Part shown: piece by piece, positions 28,932 to 44,006 of the stretch
How the letters are laid out: each line of letters starts with the position of its first letter
Position numbering within the stretch: position 1 is the stretch's first letter
Source of the DNA: Eledone cirrhosa
Lineage: Eukaryota
DNA: 64,000 nt
Assembly (NCBI GenBank): GCA_964016885.1
Contig: OZ024745.1
Span: 17,360,001-17,424,000 of the forward strand
Direction of reading: 5' to 3'
Translations under genes and position numbers: made by a program
The notes under the pieces: generated by a model
What the model saw: only the letters and a program-made list of their open reading frames with translations
Told to the model about the DNA's origin: nothing
Database searches by the model: none

Positions 28932-28986
28932 GTATATATATATATATATATATGTACGCACATACACATACACACACACACATATA

Positions 28987-29024
<38 letters not shown>

Positions 29025-29056
29025 CATACCCCCCACACACACGCACACACACACAC

Positions 29057-29163
<107 letters not shown>

Positions 29164-29829
29164 TAAATATATATATATATATTCATTGGTTAAGCAAAAC
29201 AAGACCACACATATCACAAAGAAGACATTATTAAAAGATTGTCAACATATTTTAGTTTGATGTACGGAATGTAGAGAATAATAATAATAATATTAATAAT
29301 AATAATGTCCGTTTACAATTGTTTCGCTACTCCATATAATATTTCTGGATCAAATGATTATAGATCATTATTGATCAGTGTTCAGTTGAAAATAATTAAC
29401 ATAGGTAAAAATAGAGCAGCTCATCGGAACTTCAAAATGAATATAGATTAAAATAAGTAATGTTACATAAATGTTCCATATATTGGTATTTCACTATGGT
29501 CTCCTGAGTATATCAATTGTCTGCCATAGTCGAGCAGTATTCTTCTGTCGAGGCTGCATCGTGTTAGATCTGCCTATGGGTAACAAGATGGCCGCCAATG
29601 GACATATTTACCTTACTAATTATTGGGTGGTTTCAGTGGAAGTAACTCCTCGAGAGATTAGAAATTGTGAGTGGTTTATAGTTAAGTGCTAATTTTTTTA
29701 TTTTTAATTGAGAGACAATGTAAGAGAGGTAACTTATAATTATCTAAGTTAGCTATAACTATTTAACTTATTAGCTACAAGTAAAAATGGGGCTAGATGA
29801 CTATGTTGGGTCAAATATTCTGTTGGCGA

Positions 29830-30495
29830 AGGAATTAGCCCTTCGATGTTGACAGCTAATAGTTACCTCCGTTCTATCGTTAATCGTAGAGGTCGTGATA
29901 GAGTTATGTAATATGCTTCGGTAAGACAGAGGTCACAGGATTTTCTTCGTTCATTGAACGGTTGGGCCCCAGCCAAGATTTTCCATGTTAGTGAGTGTTC
30001 AATGTTGGTTAATTTAAGGTTTTTAATGAGCCTAGCTAGAGATGTCGAACATCTGTTGTTAGGGTCTCGGAAGGAAAAAGAGTGCGCGTTATAGCGTACC
30101 TTAAATGGGTTAGAGGTAGACCCGATATAGGAGCTGGTATGCGAAGCAGTTTTAACCGTGCACCTATAAACTATATTGGGTGTCAGGCAATGTCCATTTA
30201 GTGGGCATGCATTAGGGTAACGGCAGTTGCAATTACTTCTGCGGTTAGTGAGAGTAGGGTTGTTTAACCTAAGCGGTTCGTCAGTGCTAGAAGGGTTAGA
30301 TGGGGGAGGTGTGCTACTAGAGTAGGTATTGGTGTAGTGGCGTGGTGTGTTTGATGGGGGTGGTGGTACCGCGGTGTGGGAGTTATACTGTCTTAGTTTA
30401 TGATGGTTACTGAATGCGATGTGGTTAGCTGGTTTAGGTGTTGTGGAGAATGAGATTTTAATGTTATTTTTATTAAAGAGTGTGTAATATCTCTG
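29830..30495 (-). mobile_element. Naiad-type PLE 3' coding fragment (GIY-YIG)
   Basis: ORF 29863-30510: IKISFSTTP...CNCRYPNACPLNGHC...IVYRC...YIGST...CDLCLTE; the 5' side abuts a partial SINE at 30500-30620. Confidence 0.9.
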
Positions 30496-30897
30496 CCATT
30501 CAGACTTCAAATCCCACCGAGGTTAACTTCGCCTTTCATCCTAACGTAGTCGATAACATAAAGTACCAGTAATACACTATGATAATTGCAGGCCTTGTGC
30601 CAAAAGTAGAAGCAATTATTTCACAAAATTTGCACAGACAAAGGAAAGCATAAACACAATAACAGAGACACACAAACTAAGTAACGAACGCAACAGAGAC
30701 ATACAAAGAGGTACAATACATACACATAAACACACACATGTCCATCCAAAATATACAAAGATTATCTCCCTTCGGAAACGTCTCTAATATCTAACATAGT
30801 TTCGGTCCAATACTTTCCCAAAATAGCTGACTGTAACGCACGTGCCTTTCCTTACCAACAATTGTTTTGAATTTTTTCTCTTCTCATTTTCGATGAT

Positions 30898-31776
30898 TCT
30901 ATTATATATAAATTAATTTGAAAAACGTCAGTATTCCGTGTGTCATAATTCTCGATTATCATTGGTTCATAGGTTTCAAACGACTCCGCCCACCTCAACG
31001 ATGCCAAACTCAAATTAATATGCATAATGCCAATGAGGGAGAGAGAGGGGAGAGTGTGAACGCTATATGTGTCAGTGTAGAGACATGTGTGTGTGTGATG
31101 CGTGTGGAAATAAGAGGTGAAGGCAAGCAATAACTATTAACATCCGTGCGTTTGCATGTACCTACGCGTATGTTTATGTGTGTGTGCGTGCGTGCAGCGT
31201 TCCACAGAAAGTAAAACCTATCAACATGCGTGAGTGTGTGCGTGTGTAAGTTTGCGTGTGTGTGCGCGATTCCATGCGTGTATGTGTGTGGCGTTCCACA
31301 ATCGCCACGCTTTTTATCTGTCTGTGTTCCTGTCTGTCAGTCTAACATACATATAGTTGTGAAGGGAGTAAATAGGGACCTTTTTTTACATTGACGGACA
31401 TCTTTTATATTAATTATCTATATCTATATCTACATATAATATAAAAGATTGGAACTTCCATCATCCTTTTGAGAAACGTGGAACAACCACGTCCATGCAA
31501 TGATACACGCTTTACAGTCAGACAGAACATGAACCATATCCTATAGGTCACTACTCTAGGTGGGAGCACCTAGAATTGTTCATATACTATGCATAAACGG
31601 TATAGCGAAGAATCTGGTATATCTGGAAGATTTTGTTTTACTGTTTTCTGTATCACACAGGCACCACGGACTCGCCTCATACTGTAACCAGACAAACATC
31701 CAATACATTCATTTTCTCTTTTACCTATCTTCTCTTATCCTCTGTTTACCCGGACAAAGTTGGGTACGTCAGCTAG
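30898..31776 (+). mobile_element. Non-autonomous Helitron-like element, copy 1
   Basis: TC start followed by an AT-rich tract, second internal TCTATATC start at 31417, 3' hairpin tacccgg...ttgggta then CTAG followed by T. Confidence 0.7.
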
Positions 31777-32980
31777 TTATATATTAATTTCAACAATGTC
31801 AGTATTCCGTGTGTCATAATTCTCGATTATCATTGGTTCATAGGTTACAAACGAATCCGCCCACCTCAACGACGCCAAACTTACGTTGATATGCATAATG
31901 CCAATGAGGGAGAGAGAGGGGAGAGTAAGAAACAGAGAGGCAAAGTGAACGCTGTGTTTGATACACTATGTATATGTGTCAGTGTAGAGAAAGGTGTGTG
32001 TGGAAATAAGAGGGGAAGGATGCAATAACTATTAACATGTGTGCGTGTGTATGTACGTGTGCGTATGTTTATGTGTGTGTGCCTGCGTGCAGCGTTCCAC
32101 AGAAAGTAAAAACTATCACCATGTGTGAGTGTGTGCGTGTGTGTAAGTGCACGGGTGCGTGCGTAAGTTTGCGTGCGTGTGCGTGTTTCCATGCGTGTAT
32201 GTGTGTGTACGTACGGCGTTCCACAATCGCCACGCAGTTTATCTGTCTGTGTGCCTGTCTGTCAGTCTAACATACACAGAGTTGTGAAGGGAGTAAATAG
32301 TGACCTTTTTTTACATTGACGGACATCTTTTATAATTATTATTGTGTCAATTTTTGACAATTGCTCGAAATGAATACTGATAATAAAAGCACTTCGACTT
32401 TATGAAACAATGAACTACAGCGGCGCCGGCGTGCAGCCAGCAATGAAGAAAAACGGCCGAACAGCGTCATCGGAACCCCGAACTTCAGAGGCGAAGACGT
32501 GCCGCCATGAATGAAGTGGAGCTGGCTGAACAACGCCAACGAAACACTAGAGCCAAGCAGCGACGGCGTGCTGCAATGGTTTAAGACGAGCTGGCTGATC
32601 ATCATCTTTTATATTAATTATCTATATCTATATCTACATATAATATAACAGATTGGAACTTCCATCATCCTTTTGAGAAACGTGGAACAACCACGTCTAT
32701 GCAATGATAGACGTTTTACAGGCAGGCAGAAGATGAACCATCTCCTAGAGGTCACTATTCTAGGTGGGAGTACCAATAATTGTTCATATACTATGCACAA
32801 AGGGTACAACGTAGAATCTGGTATATCTGGAAGATTTTGTTTTACTGTTTTTTGTATCACACAAACACCACGGTCTCGCCTCATATTTTAACCAGACAAA
32901 TATCCAGTACAGTCATTTACTCTTTTACCTGTCTTCTCTTATCATCTGTTTACCCGGGCGAAGCTGGGTACGTCAGCTAG
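31777..32980 (+). mobile_element. Helitron-like element, copy 2 (head-to-tail), with extra coding relic
   Basis: Diverged direct repeat of copy 1; ends tacccgggcgaagctgggtacgtcagCTAG then T; extra segment at about 32335-32603. Confidence 0.75.
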
Positions 32981-33250
32981 TATCATTTATTTCTCATTCT
33001 ATCTTCTGCTGAGGGACTAGTGTTCGAAATGTAACTACTCTTTGCTACTATATCAAGAGATTATCTAATATATTTATTCTTGCTACTGTCTTCTTTGAGT
33101 TACTGTTTACTTTTATCGTACACGCACGCACAGACACGCACATACACGCCTACACATACGCACACGCGCACTCATACACTCGCGCACGCACACACGCACA
33201 GGCACACACACGTGTACGCACGCACACATACATATATATCTATATATATC

Positions 33251-33329
<79 letters not shown>

Positions 33330-33332
<3 letters not shown>

Positions 33333-33553
33333 TATATATACGTACATACATATATGTATACAGACGTACACTAGTATGTATATATATATATACATACATG
33401 CACACATATATATATATGTACGTATGGATTCACCGAACATTTATTATAATGCTCGGTGTGTTTGTAAACAAACATCCCGAATTAAGCCGTACGGTGTCTA
33501 GCAACCATCGTTGCTCATTTGTTCGACACTGACAAAGGAACGCTGTACTAGTT
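33330..33553 (-). mobile_element. Diverged family D fragment truncated inside the HHR
   Basis: Reverse complement starts aactagtacagcgttcctttgtcagtgtc, similar to 7093-7120. Confidence 0.65.
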
Positions 33554-34067
33554 ATATATATATATATATATATATATACATACAAATATATATATATATG
33601 TATATAAATATTAATATATATATGCGTGTATGTGCATTGAAAAATTGTCCCATATCAAGCGATGCCTGTGCTTGAAGCTATTTTAAGTGAGGAAAGGCTT
33701 TGCACGAGGCCAATCCCAGCCTCTGAACATATAAATGCATTTACCCAAAAAGTAAAACTGTTCAACATAATTGGATGCACAGGAGGTTGCATGTTTTATA
33801 TCAGTGATATGCCTTAATGAAGATTAGGGGTCTCCCGTTCACAAACAATATGTGAAACAAAAATACATTATTGTATAGCTGTTCAATCTCCTGCGTACCT
33901 CCGTCTTTTGACGGGTTTCGGTATTATCATGCAGGGTGTTCAAAATCACCTTCTTCACGAAGTAAGCCTGTTTTGTCGCCGTTAGCCTGACTAGCACAAG
34001 CTGTACTTTGTTACGTGTTACCAGTAGCGATGAAAAAAGACCTGGCATAATACACACATACACATGC

Positions 34068-34101
<34 letters not shown>

Positions 34102-34108
34102 ATGCATT

Positions 34109-34247
<139 letters not shown>

Positions 34248-35234
34248 ATATGCATATACATATTGTAATGCGGATTCTAAATACACACACACATCCACAC
34301 AGACACATATACATTTGAATGTGTCTGTATGGGCGTGTGTGCTATTTGTAAATTGCATTTATATGCATGGTGAAATAATACCTATATTTACACATGAATA
34401 GTGGCATGCAATGTTTTGTGTTGTTCAGATAATTAGATGTGCTATTTGTTTATTAAAACTTCTGCTGCCAAAGTTCTATGTTTAATCACCTAGAACCTCA
34501 ATGCTCCTTTTTGTTCCTTATTTCTTTCATATAAAATGTAATTAAACGAGTAACATACATTCTTCCAATAATGCTGGAAAATTATTTAACGAAGATTTGT
34601 ATATTCTCGTTAAACTAGCATAGAGGAAACAGCAAATCTCTATCTAATTGTGACAGAGTCAATCTATGATCTGTTTTAAACTGATTTTCTTCCTAATTGA
34701 GTGATTTATATTCACATGTCAAAAGAAAGTTATCTATAGCTAATTAAATTACGCTCCAAATGAAGGCTGGTAGATGACTGTTTGCTTATGGAATTCGTTA
34801 AGTGGTTTCCTCCTGTTGCTAATCAGAGAAAAGATTTATGCTTGAATACATCAAAATGAATTTCAATTCAACAGAATAGAACTAAGCAATTTTCACAGTA
34901 AATATTATTGCAAAATATATGCGGAAATTGAACATCAACGCACTCAATTGTCAGTGATATATGAATAAAGTGAAATGTTTAATTCATATGGATGGTGTTG
35001 TTATTTTACTGCTAATTTGTTAACAGCATATAATTAATGGCCATTCTAATAATATATTTTCGGTGTATCAGAGTGGATTTTACAAAAATAACTAAATAGC
35101 TATCATAGGATTTATCTAACATCTCTAACATTGATACAAACACATATGCAAACACACATAAGTAAATACACACACAAGCGCGTACACGCACACGGACACA
35201 GACCCCCCCACACACACACACAAACACACACACA

Positions 35235-35745
<511 letters not shown>

Positions 35746-35765
35746 ACACACACACAGACAGAACA

Positions 35766-35826
<61 letters not shown>

Positions 35827-36149
35827 TATAGTTAAAAGAATAGAGGTTTAACACACAAGTTATTATATATTGTTACCTACTAGCCATGCGTGGTTACACG
35901 CTTGTAAAAATTATCTCCTGTGATTTTTCATGTTTATATTTATTTATATATATGTTGATCAATTCCTAGTTATATATATATATATATATATGGTCAATTG
36001 TTTATTTGTGTGTGTGTGTGTCATTTTATATATACATTATTTTAACTGTAATGAAATATATCTATTTTTTATGGGAATTTTGTGAAATATATTATTTTTT
36101 ATGTTGAAATGTAGATCGCTAATAATTAGGGATTATTATTGTTCAGTCA

Positions 36150-36340
36150 AGGGCGGTGGATTGGCAGTATCGGTAGTGGGTCGGGCGCCATGCTTTGACG
36201 CATAGAGTTACGGCCCTTGCCATTCTGAGCTCAAATCCCGCCGAGGTTAATTTGCCTTTCATCCTTACGGGGTCGATAAAATAAAGTACCAGTAATGCAC
36301 TGCGTAATTGTGGCCTTGTGCCAAAAGTAGAAACAATTAT
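36150..36340 (+). mobile_element. OK/Nin-like SINE with probable target-site duplication
   Basis: Full copy; attattgttcagtcaa occurs on both sides. Confidence 0.85.
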
Positions 36341-36516
36341 TGTTCAGTCAACATCCTCGAAATTGCTTTTGATGTTTTTGTAGATTCTTGATTCAACTTT
36401 GCGGGATATACTTTCATTAGCTGGGATGATTTTATCTATTAGTGAACCTATATATCTAAAGAGATTAAGATGTTTGACATCACTGCATCCATCACAACCA
36501 CTCGTACCATACCATA

Positions 36517-36596
<80 letters not shown>

Positions 36597-36942
36597 CTCT
36601 CTCTCTAAATATATATATATATGTGTGTGTGTGTGTGCGCGTGTGTGTGCGTGTGCGTATCTGTGTGTGTGTTTTGGAGAATGTACATTTAATTAGTATC
36701 TAGCTAATAAGCATCAGAACATAAGCAGTATCACCAGGCAATTTCAATGTTTGATGAAGTGTTTCTTCATCAATCGTGAAATAAATAGTATTAGCTAATA
36801 CCTCCTCTAACAGGCTTCACAATGAATTGTTGTTTTCAGTTAAAACGGTGGTTTAAAATGATATATTTTAATATATATAATTACTAAATTTAATAACATA
36901 TAATCAAACGAACCACAACATTTACATATAATCCAAAATATA

Positions 36943-37141
36943 TACTCGTCTGAAAAGTTCATAGGGTGACCAAGATACTCTTATGGAATCACCAAATGGG
37001 ATTTAGTTTTTGTCATTATCCTTGGAAAAAAAAAGAATGCAGTTATTAATAATAAGAGTTGAAATTAATGCATGCAAGATTTCACAGCTGTAGCATCAAT
37101 CCTTCATCGTCAGCCTATGAACCTTTCAGCCGAGCCTTGTA
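36943..37141. mobile_element. Tc1/mariner-like MITE, decayed
   Basis: ctgaaaagttcatagggtgac ... gtcagcctatgaacctttcag inverted termini. Confidence 0.65.
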
Positions 37142-38240
37142 CATAAGAAACGTATTGATAGAATCAACAAGAAAAAAGTAGACGTATCTATTTTCACCCT
37201 TCACAAGACAACTTCTCTTCACATAATCATTTTAAAGTTAAACGTTTCCCCACAAAATAAATTTCTATGCATGAACTTCAGAATCTGCAATTCAAAAATA
37301 ATAACATCAGAAGATTTTTTATGATATATAGTAATAATTCCAGTGATATATCTACTACCAGAAAACCAAAGAGCTTCCATTAGATGTGTTACTAGACAGG
37401 CGCTTTTTGCAGAAGTCCTGCATTCATTAAAATGATGTCACAGCTGATGTTTGTAAACTTATAAAGAACATCTAGAAATGTACGAAAATTAAATACATTC
37501 CAGAACAACAGAGCTTGTTTGTATAATAATTGTTCCCTTTATTTATCTAACTCCATCTATACCTATAGATACATAATGCTTCGAGAAACCAACGGTATAA
37601 AAAATACCACTTTTTCTCCAACAGAATCTACACAAATACACAATTATGCCTCGAGAAACCAATCGCAGCGTCTATGCCTCAGGCATAAAAACTGTTCACT
37701 TTGCACTTGTAGAACACCTATAAGTATGATTATCGTATTACACGTAGGTGCACATGTTGAATGTAACCCGTCGGTCTATTATATAATTAAGTTTCTTCAG
37801 TACTTTCGAAATCATTCTAAAAGACGCAATGGCCTCTATATCTACATTATTAAACTGTCTATAATCGGTTGTTATTTCATACAAATGTTAAATTCATCGC
37901 TACACTTCTATGATTTCCTAGGAATTAGTTTTTACATTTTTGTCATGTACATATTGGGAACTCTGATTCATGTCGTAGAGAGTGTACCCAGGGCATTTGC
38001 TTCACAGAGTCTCCAAGAAATTAAACCTATATTATTCAGTACACGACGGTAAATGCATTAGATGTGACCTGTCATATAACATCAATCTGGCGTACTTTGC
38101 AGCTATGAAGAGCGTATTTCTGTGAAAAGTATACTATTATCACACCGAATAGACACACATGCACACACACATACAAACACATACACTCTCGCCGATTCCC
38201 CCCTCCCCCCCCCCTCCCTCTCTCTCGCTCGCTCTCTCAA

Positions 38241-38294
<54 letters not shown>

Positions 38295-38299
<5 letters not shown>

Positions 38300-39142
38300 A
38301 TAAATTATATATCCCTACACGCACAAGGCGCCTAGGGACACATGTATTGTCCAACCATATGCCAATGTGGTTCAATGGCAGGTTAATAGATTAACGAGCC
38401 AGAACATATATAATCAGGTTTAGCAAATAACAAAATTTTCAAAATAAATTTTAAAAAATTAACTTTACTAGCGCCAGTTCGTAATTTGAACTCGGGAATG
38501 TTATATTCTCCGAGTGAAAAGATCCTTCTGACGAGAGTTTATCTTTGCAATGGATGCCGTAAGGACTGTCCGTTTACTTTTGAGACTCGAAACCGATTCG
38601 GTAAAGGTAACCATAGTGAGTAAATTTAATTTTTAAAAATTTAATTTGAAACTTTTTCTTATTTGCTAAACCTGATTATATATGTTCTGGCTCGTTAATT
38701 TATTAACCTGCCATTGAACCACATTGGCATATGGTTGGACAATACATGTGTCCCTAATCGCCTTGTGCGTGTAGGGATATATACTTTATTATTATTATCT
38801 CCTCTTGGTCGAGAAAAAATTTGGTCGCCCTAACTGCTGCTAGTTATAGCGGGAGTATACTGATCTCCCTGCCTTTGCTTCTATCTTTACACACGGCACT
38901 TGAAGGAATTGCTTCCACTTCATTTATTCTCATCTCGGGAACAATTTTGAATAGCGCCAGTTAGTAATTTGAACTCGGGAATTTTATATCTCCGAGTGAA
39001 AAGATCCTTCTGGCGAGAGTTTATCTTTGCAATGGATGCCGTAAGGACTGTCCGTTTATTTTTGAGACTCGAAACCGATTGAGTAAAGTTAATTTTTTAA
39101 AATATTTTGAAACTTTTTTCTTATTTGCTAAACCTGATTATA
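38295..39142 (+). mobile_element. ORF-less inverted plus tandem HHR element (family F), unit about 483 nt
   Basis: 38295-38468 is inverted relative to 38620-38797; 38470-38680 is directly repeated at 38953-39142. Confidence 0.85.
38524..38607 (+). ncRNA. Type I hammerhead ribozyme with extended loop II
   Basis: Stem I cctt/aagg, CTGACGA(38528-38534), stem II gagttt/agactc, GAAA(38589-38592), stem III accg-att-cggt, predicted cleavage after A38603. The second copy at about 39005 has CTGGCGA. Confidence 0.85.
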
Positions 39143-39149
39143 TATATAT

Positions 39150-39280
39150 ATCAAATATAATATAGAAAATGATTCTACAGGATTAGAACTGCTTCATTCG
39201 AGGGAAATCATCAGGAAAGACCTGATTATTTCCTTCGAATGAAACAGTTCTAGAGGCCATCTTTATATTAAATTTGATGT
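39150..39280. mobile_element. Tiny fold-back with degenerate HHR-like cores (family G)
   Basis: Arms invert around 39219; CTGAT(G/T)A-tttcc.tcgaat-GAA(A/G)cagttc; a relative lies at about 61105-61180. Confidence 0.55.
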
Positions 39281-40047
39281 TTACACTCTGCTAATATATC
39301 TAATATATTGAGTAGCTTACATACTGTGGACACCACTGATTGAACCCGGAACTCGCATATCTACACACACACCCACACCCACGCAAATGCACACATACAC
39401 ACACACATATATTAGACCTAATGTGTTTCTAATACAACTGCACACTATTCAAATTCATTAGTATTTCATTTAGGGTTCATCTCTCAATAACGAAATCAAT
39501 ATTTATACATTAAGCTACATATTTTAATTCGATAGCAGGTAAAATATTGTCTCTCATCTTGGAATTACATACAATAAATATTCAATTTCATCCTTATGAA
39601 AGAATTATAATAAATATATATTTTGAAATTGAATGACTTGAAACCACTAGTGTCTTGTATACAGCTGCAGAAAACGCGGTCGTTTGGTTGTCAGTATATA
39701 ACATTTTCCCCGTATACAATACATGAATACAGATATTTTAATGCAGTAAACAATTTTCTGTGGATCTATGAAAGTGCCTTAGGTAAAAAAGAATTATTAG
39801 CTTCATGGTGACTGCACAGGCAAGGAAAGCATTTGAATAGAATATATATAAAGTAGAGAAAATTGTATCCGTTTAATATTCATTGATTTTGTTTAATATT
39901 CATACATCGGAAAATATACGACACTCTGGAATATTCTTATCATTTCTGCATTCATCACGTATGTAAATTGACATTATATATTTCATTACACAAACAACGT
40001 GCATCCTTTTCCTCGATTTGTATCTCCCTTTCACACACATCCACACA

Positions 40048-40197
<150 letters not shown>

Positions 40198-40209
40198 AAA
40201 TGAATGTGT

Positions 40210-40245
<36 letters not shown>

Positions 40246-41825
40246 GGGGGGGGGGGGGGGGGTCGGATGTATGTATGTTTATAGTAATTTATTGATATTA
40301 GAATTCATGCTTACACTATATGGAATTATATTGTAGACTGCCAGTGTATGGATAATTATATTAACGTAGAGGATATACTTAAAATGATATTAGGAAGTAA
40401 CATTGACCCAGGGTTATTAATATATAAGTACAGAGAAAGGTAGATATATTTACTATTAAATAACATATTATATAATATAAATTATGTATTGACACCTAAA
40501 TAGTATATGGCAGAAACGAATCGCATCGGTATATTCTAAGGTTTGAATCTTGGTGCTATATAATTGTTTCTACTTTTGGCACAAGGCCAGCAATTATCCC
40601 AGTGTATTACTGGTACTTTATTTTATCGACCCCGTCAGAATGAAAGGCAAAGTTAACCTCGGCGGGATTGTGAGCAAAATGTTGGTGGAGTGTGATAAAG
40701 CTGATTATATCAATCCCTGTTGAACACTGGTACTGTATTTTATCCAGCTTAAAAGGAAGGAGAGCAAAGTTGATCACGGTAAACATTTAACACAGAAACC
40801 TGTAAGAAACACTATTAAGCTCTTTAACTCATCTAAGGCCTCTGCCATTTCGCCCCCTATAATCAGTTTAAAAGGTCTCTCGAGTTCAGAGTATCACCAG
40901 GCCGGTGTCTATCTCGGTTTCGTGGCGTTAAGTGCTTGAGAGTTCAAGTCTCCCTATTTGACAGGACACTAGTCCATTACAGGTTTAAGCCGTCAGCTAT
41001 TTCTGGTACTCATTTTCAGCTGATCATATTACAACACACAACTTGAGAGAATAGAACCCCTGGCATTATGATCGTAAATGCATGTTATACATCACTATAA
41101 CATTCTATTTACTGTTTCCTTCCATCCGTTTATTTTATACGGTCATAACAAATCAAGTTTTCTTTTTTCAGAATTTTGATATTAAAATTATATATATGAA
41201 AGAATTATTAAATGTTATAGAATACACTAAAAAAAAGAACTGCGTTTACTGCATTTGCTAATGTAATTAAAGTATTAACTTGTAATAAATATCACATGAC
41301 ATTTTGCTTTAATGCAGGCACAATAAACAAATATTCAGTAGATATGACACATCCTACATTTTATGCGTTTTATCTGTAATGAAGCGAATAATTTCTTTTG
41401 ACGCAGAAAACTCTTAAAATCAGAGTGGAATATTGTAGTAACGAGACACACGTATATAACGAAAAAAAACTGTATTTATTTTCAGAAACGTATTTACTTT
41501 TTTAACTTCGTGTTTGTTACATTCACTGTCTCTTCGTTATGACGTGTGATTAGTTTTTATGTAGAATACAATTTCTCAGCCTGGAGATGTTATATCATTT
41601 TACCATTCAACACAGCAACATGTTTTTCTTTTGCGCCCTTAATAATTAAGTGACATAAAACAAAACTAGGCCATGAGAAACTTCCCTCATGGGAGATTTA
41701 TGTACATAACCTTGATTATGTATACGATGACAAATTACCAAACTTAAAATTGCGACAAATTAAAGTTCTATTCACCATACATAACCTCAGAATAACATTG
41801 TTTGTTTATATTTGTCCATAATATC

Positions 41826-42860
41826 AGAGTGGTGGATTGCCAGTGTCAGTAGAGCCTCAAACAATATGATATGCTGCATAGAGCTACGGCAATTTAAGTT
41901 CTGTTTTCAAATCCTGCCGTGGTTAGCTTTGCCTTTCATCCTTACGGGGTCGATAAAAGAAGTTACCAGTAACGTACTAGAGTCATACCCCAGAAAATTG
42001 GGCCTTCAGCCTATATCAGAAACCATTATTTGTACATAATCCCGGTCAAATCCCGCCGAGGTTGACTTTGCCTTTCATCCCTACGGGGTCGAATAAATAA
42101 AGTACCAGTAATGCACTGATAATTTCTTGCCTTGTGCCAAAAGTAGAAACAATTATTTGTACATAATAACTGTGTTAACTTTGATAGGTTTCGGGAAGTA
42201 TTGGCCAGGACATGTCTAACTTAATAGAACCACCTTGTTAATATCTGGCAAATATGTATTATCTTTCATTCACCGATACTTTCGAGAATACACATCCCAT
42301 TGTGGAACTTAACTGCGAGCTAGAGCAATCGAGGTAAAGTCTGTGGTGACAGGTAGTGACAAATCTGTCGTCACCGGAATGAAATTTCAAGAGACCGTTT
42401 GCTTATTTCTGTTTCATGTTGATGGAGGGAATGACTACAAGAAGACCAAGTAACACTATTGCCTATTGCTATTTCGATTTATCTATCTATTATCTATCTA
42501 TTATCTATCATTCTCTCTCTCTCTTTCTCTCTTTTTTTATATATATTAAAATACAGATTAAAATTTGAACAAGGTATCGCTGCATTCACCCCTAAAATAA
42601 AGTACCAGTAATGCACTGGGTAATTGCTGGCCTTGTGCCTAAAGTAGAAACAATTATTACTATATATATAGGGCAGTGGATTGGCAATATCGGTAGAGGG
42701 TCAGACACCATGATTTCCAGCATAGTTACGTCCCTTTACGATCTGAGTTCAAATCCCGCTGAGGTTGACTTTGCCTTTCATCATTACGGGGTCGATAAAA
42801 TAAAGTACCAGTAATGCACTGGGAAATTGCTGGCTTTGTGTCTAAAGTAGAAACAATTAT

Positions 42861-42862
<2 letters not shown>
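41826..42862 (+). mobile_element. Cluster of OK/Nin-like SINE copies (about 41826-42030, 42047-42157, 42593-42660, 42671-42862)
   Basis: Shared core and tail; a partial minus copy also lies at 40561-40669. Confidence 0.8.
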
Positions 42863-42908
<46 letters not shown>

Positions 42909-43958
42909 ATCAAAATAATGAATATAATCAAAGATGCAGCTGCACAATAGCAGGTGAACTATCCAATTATCGGAGGCTGTCACAAAGCACCCAAAGTATC
43001 AATGTATCTATACGTATGTATGTACGCATGCATCTATGTATATATGTATGTATTTGTGTGAGTATTTTTGTATGCGTTCATTATTGGATTTCACATAATT
43101 TTGATATAGTTGTATAGCAACAAAGTAAATTGAAAGTTCCTTTCCAATATTCCACTTCATATTGTATCCTCTATATATATTCCAAATTGCGAACGACATA
43201 TTTCAAGTGGTAAATGCCTAGTTTCCATCATATAAATTATATCAACACAATTAATATATTTAAAAGACATCATTGTAATAATAAACAATTTCTATACGTG
43301 AAATTACTAAATATTGCAAAAGTATCAGGTATCACTAGATTTAGATACAAATACATCAAAACTTATTTTAAAAAAACCCATATATTTTAAGATTAATATT
43401 GTATAATACAAGTAATAATTTGTATAGTATCAATATTTAAACAATTAAATCAATAGAAACACTGTGAAATTATCACTTCTGTATATATGAATTTAATCAA
43501 TAGCATTATGGGGTTCGGTGTGTCTTTCATGTATACTGTATGTTTTGATGCGTTAATGGAACAGAAAATATATATAAAACAGGATGGAAAATGTTTCTCG
43601 TTGAGGCAACATTCCTAAAAGTTATGGTAGGTATATTTCCACTGGTATTGTAATGAAATAGATGCAGAATGAAATATTCTGAACCAAATATTTGATACTT
43701 CTAAAATTCCTTGTATTTTTTTATCCACCTCAACGTGATATTTTGTTCGGTAAAAAGGGAGATAAAAATCAACAATGCGCTATACGTGCTATACTGCTGC
43801 AAAATAATTAGTTCAACTAATCACAAAGTTTACACATGAATAGTAACATCCAATTACGGGAAAAACATATATATATATACAAAATATATACATATATACA
43901 TCCACTCACATGTACACAAGCATATATTCATGCACACACATACACACACGTATATATA

Positions 43959-44006
<48 letters not shown>

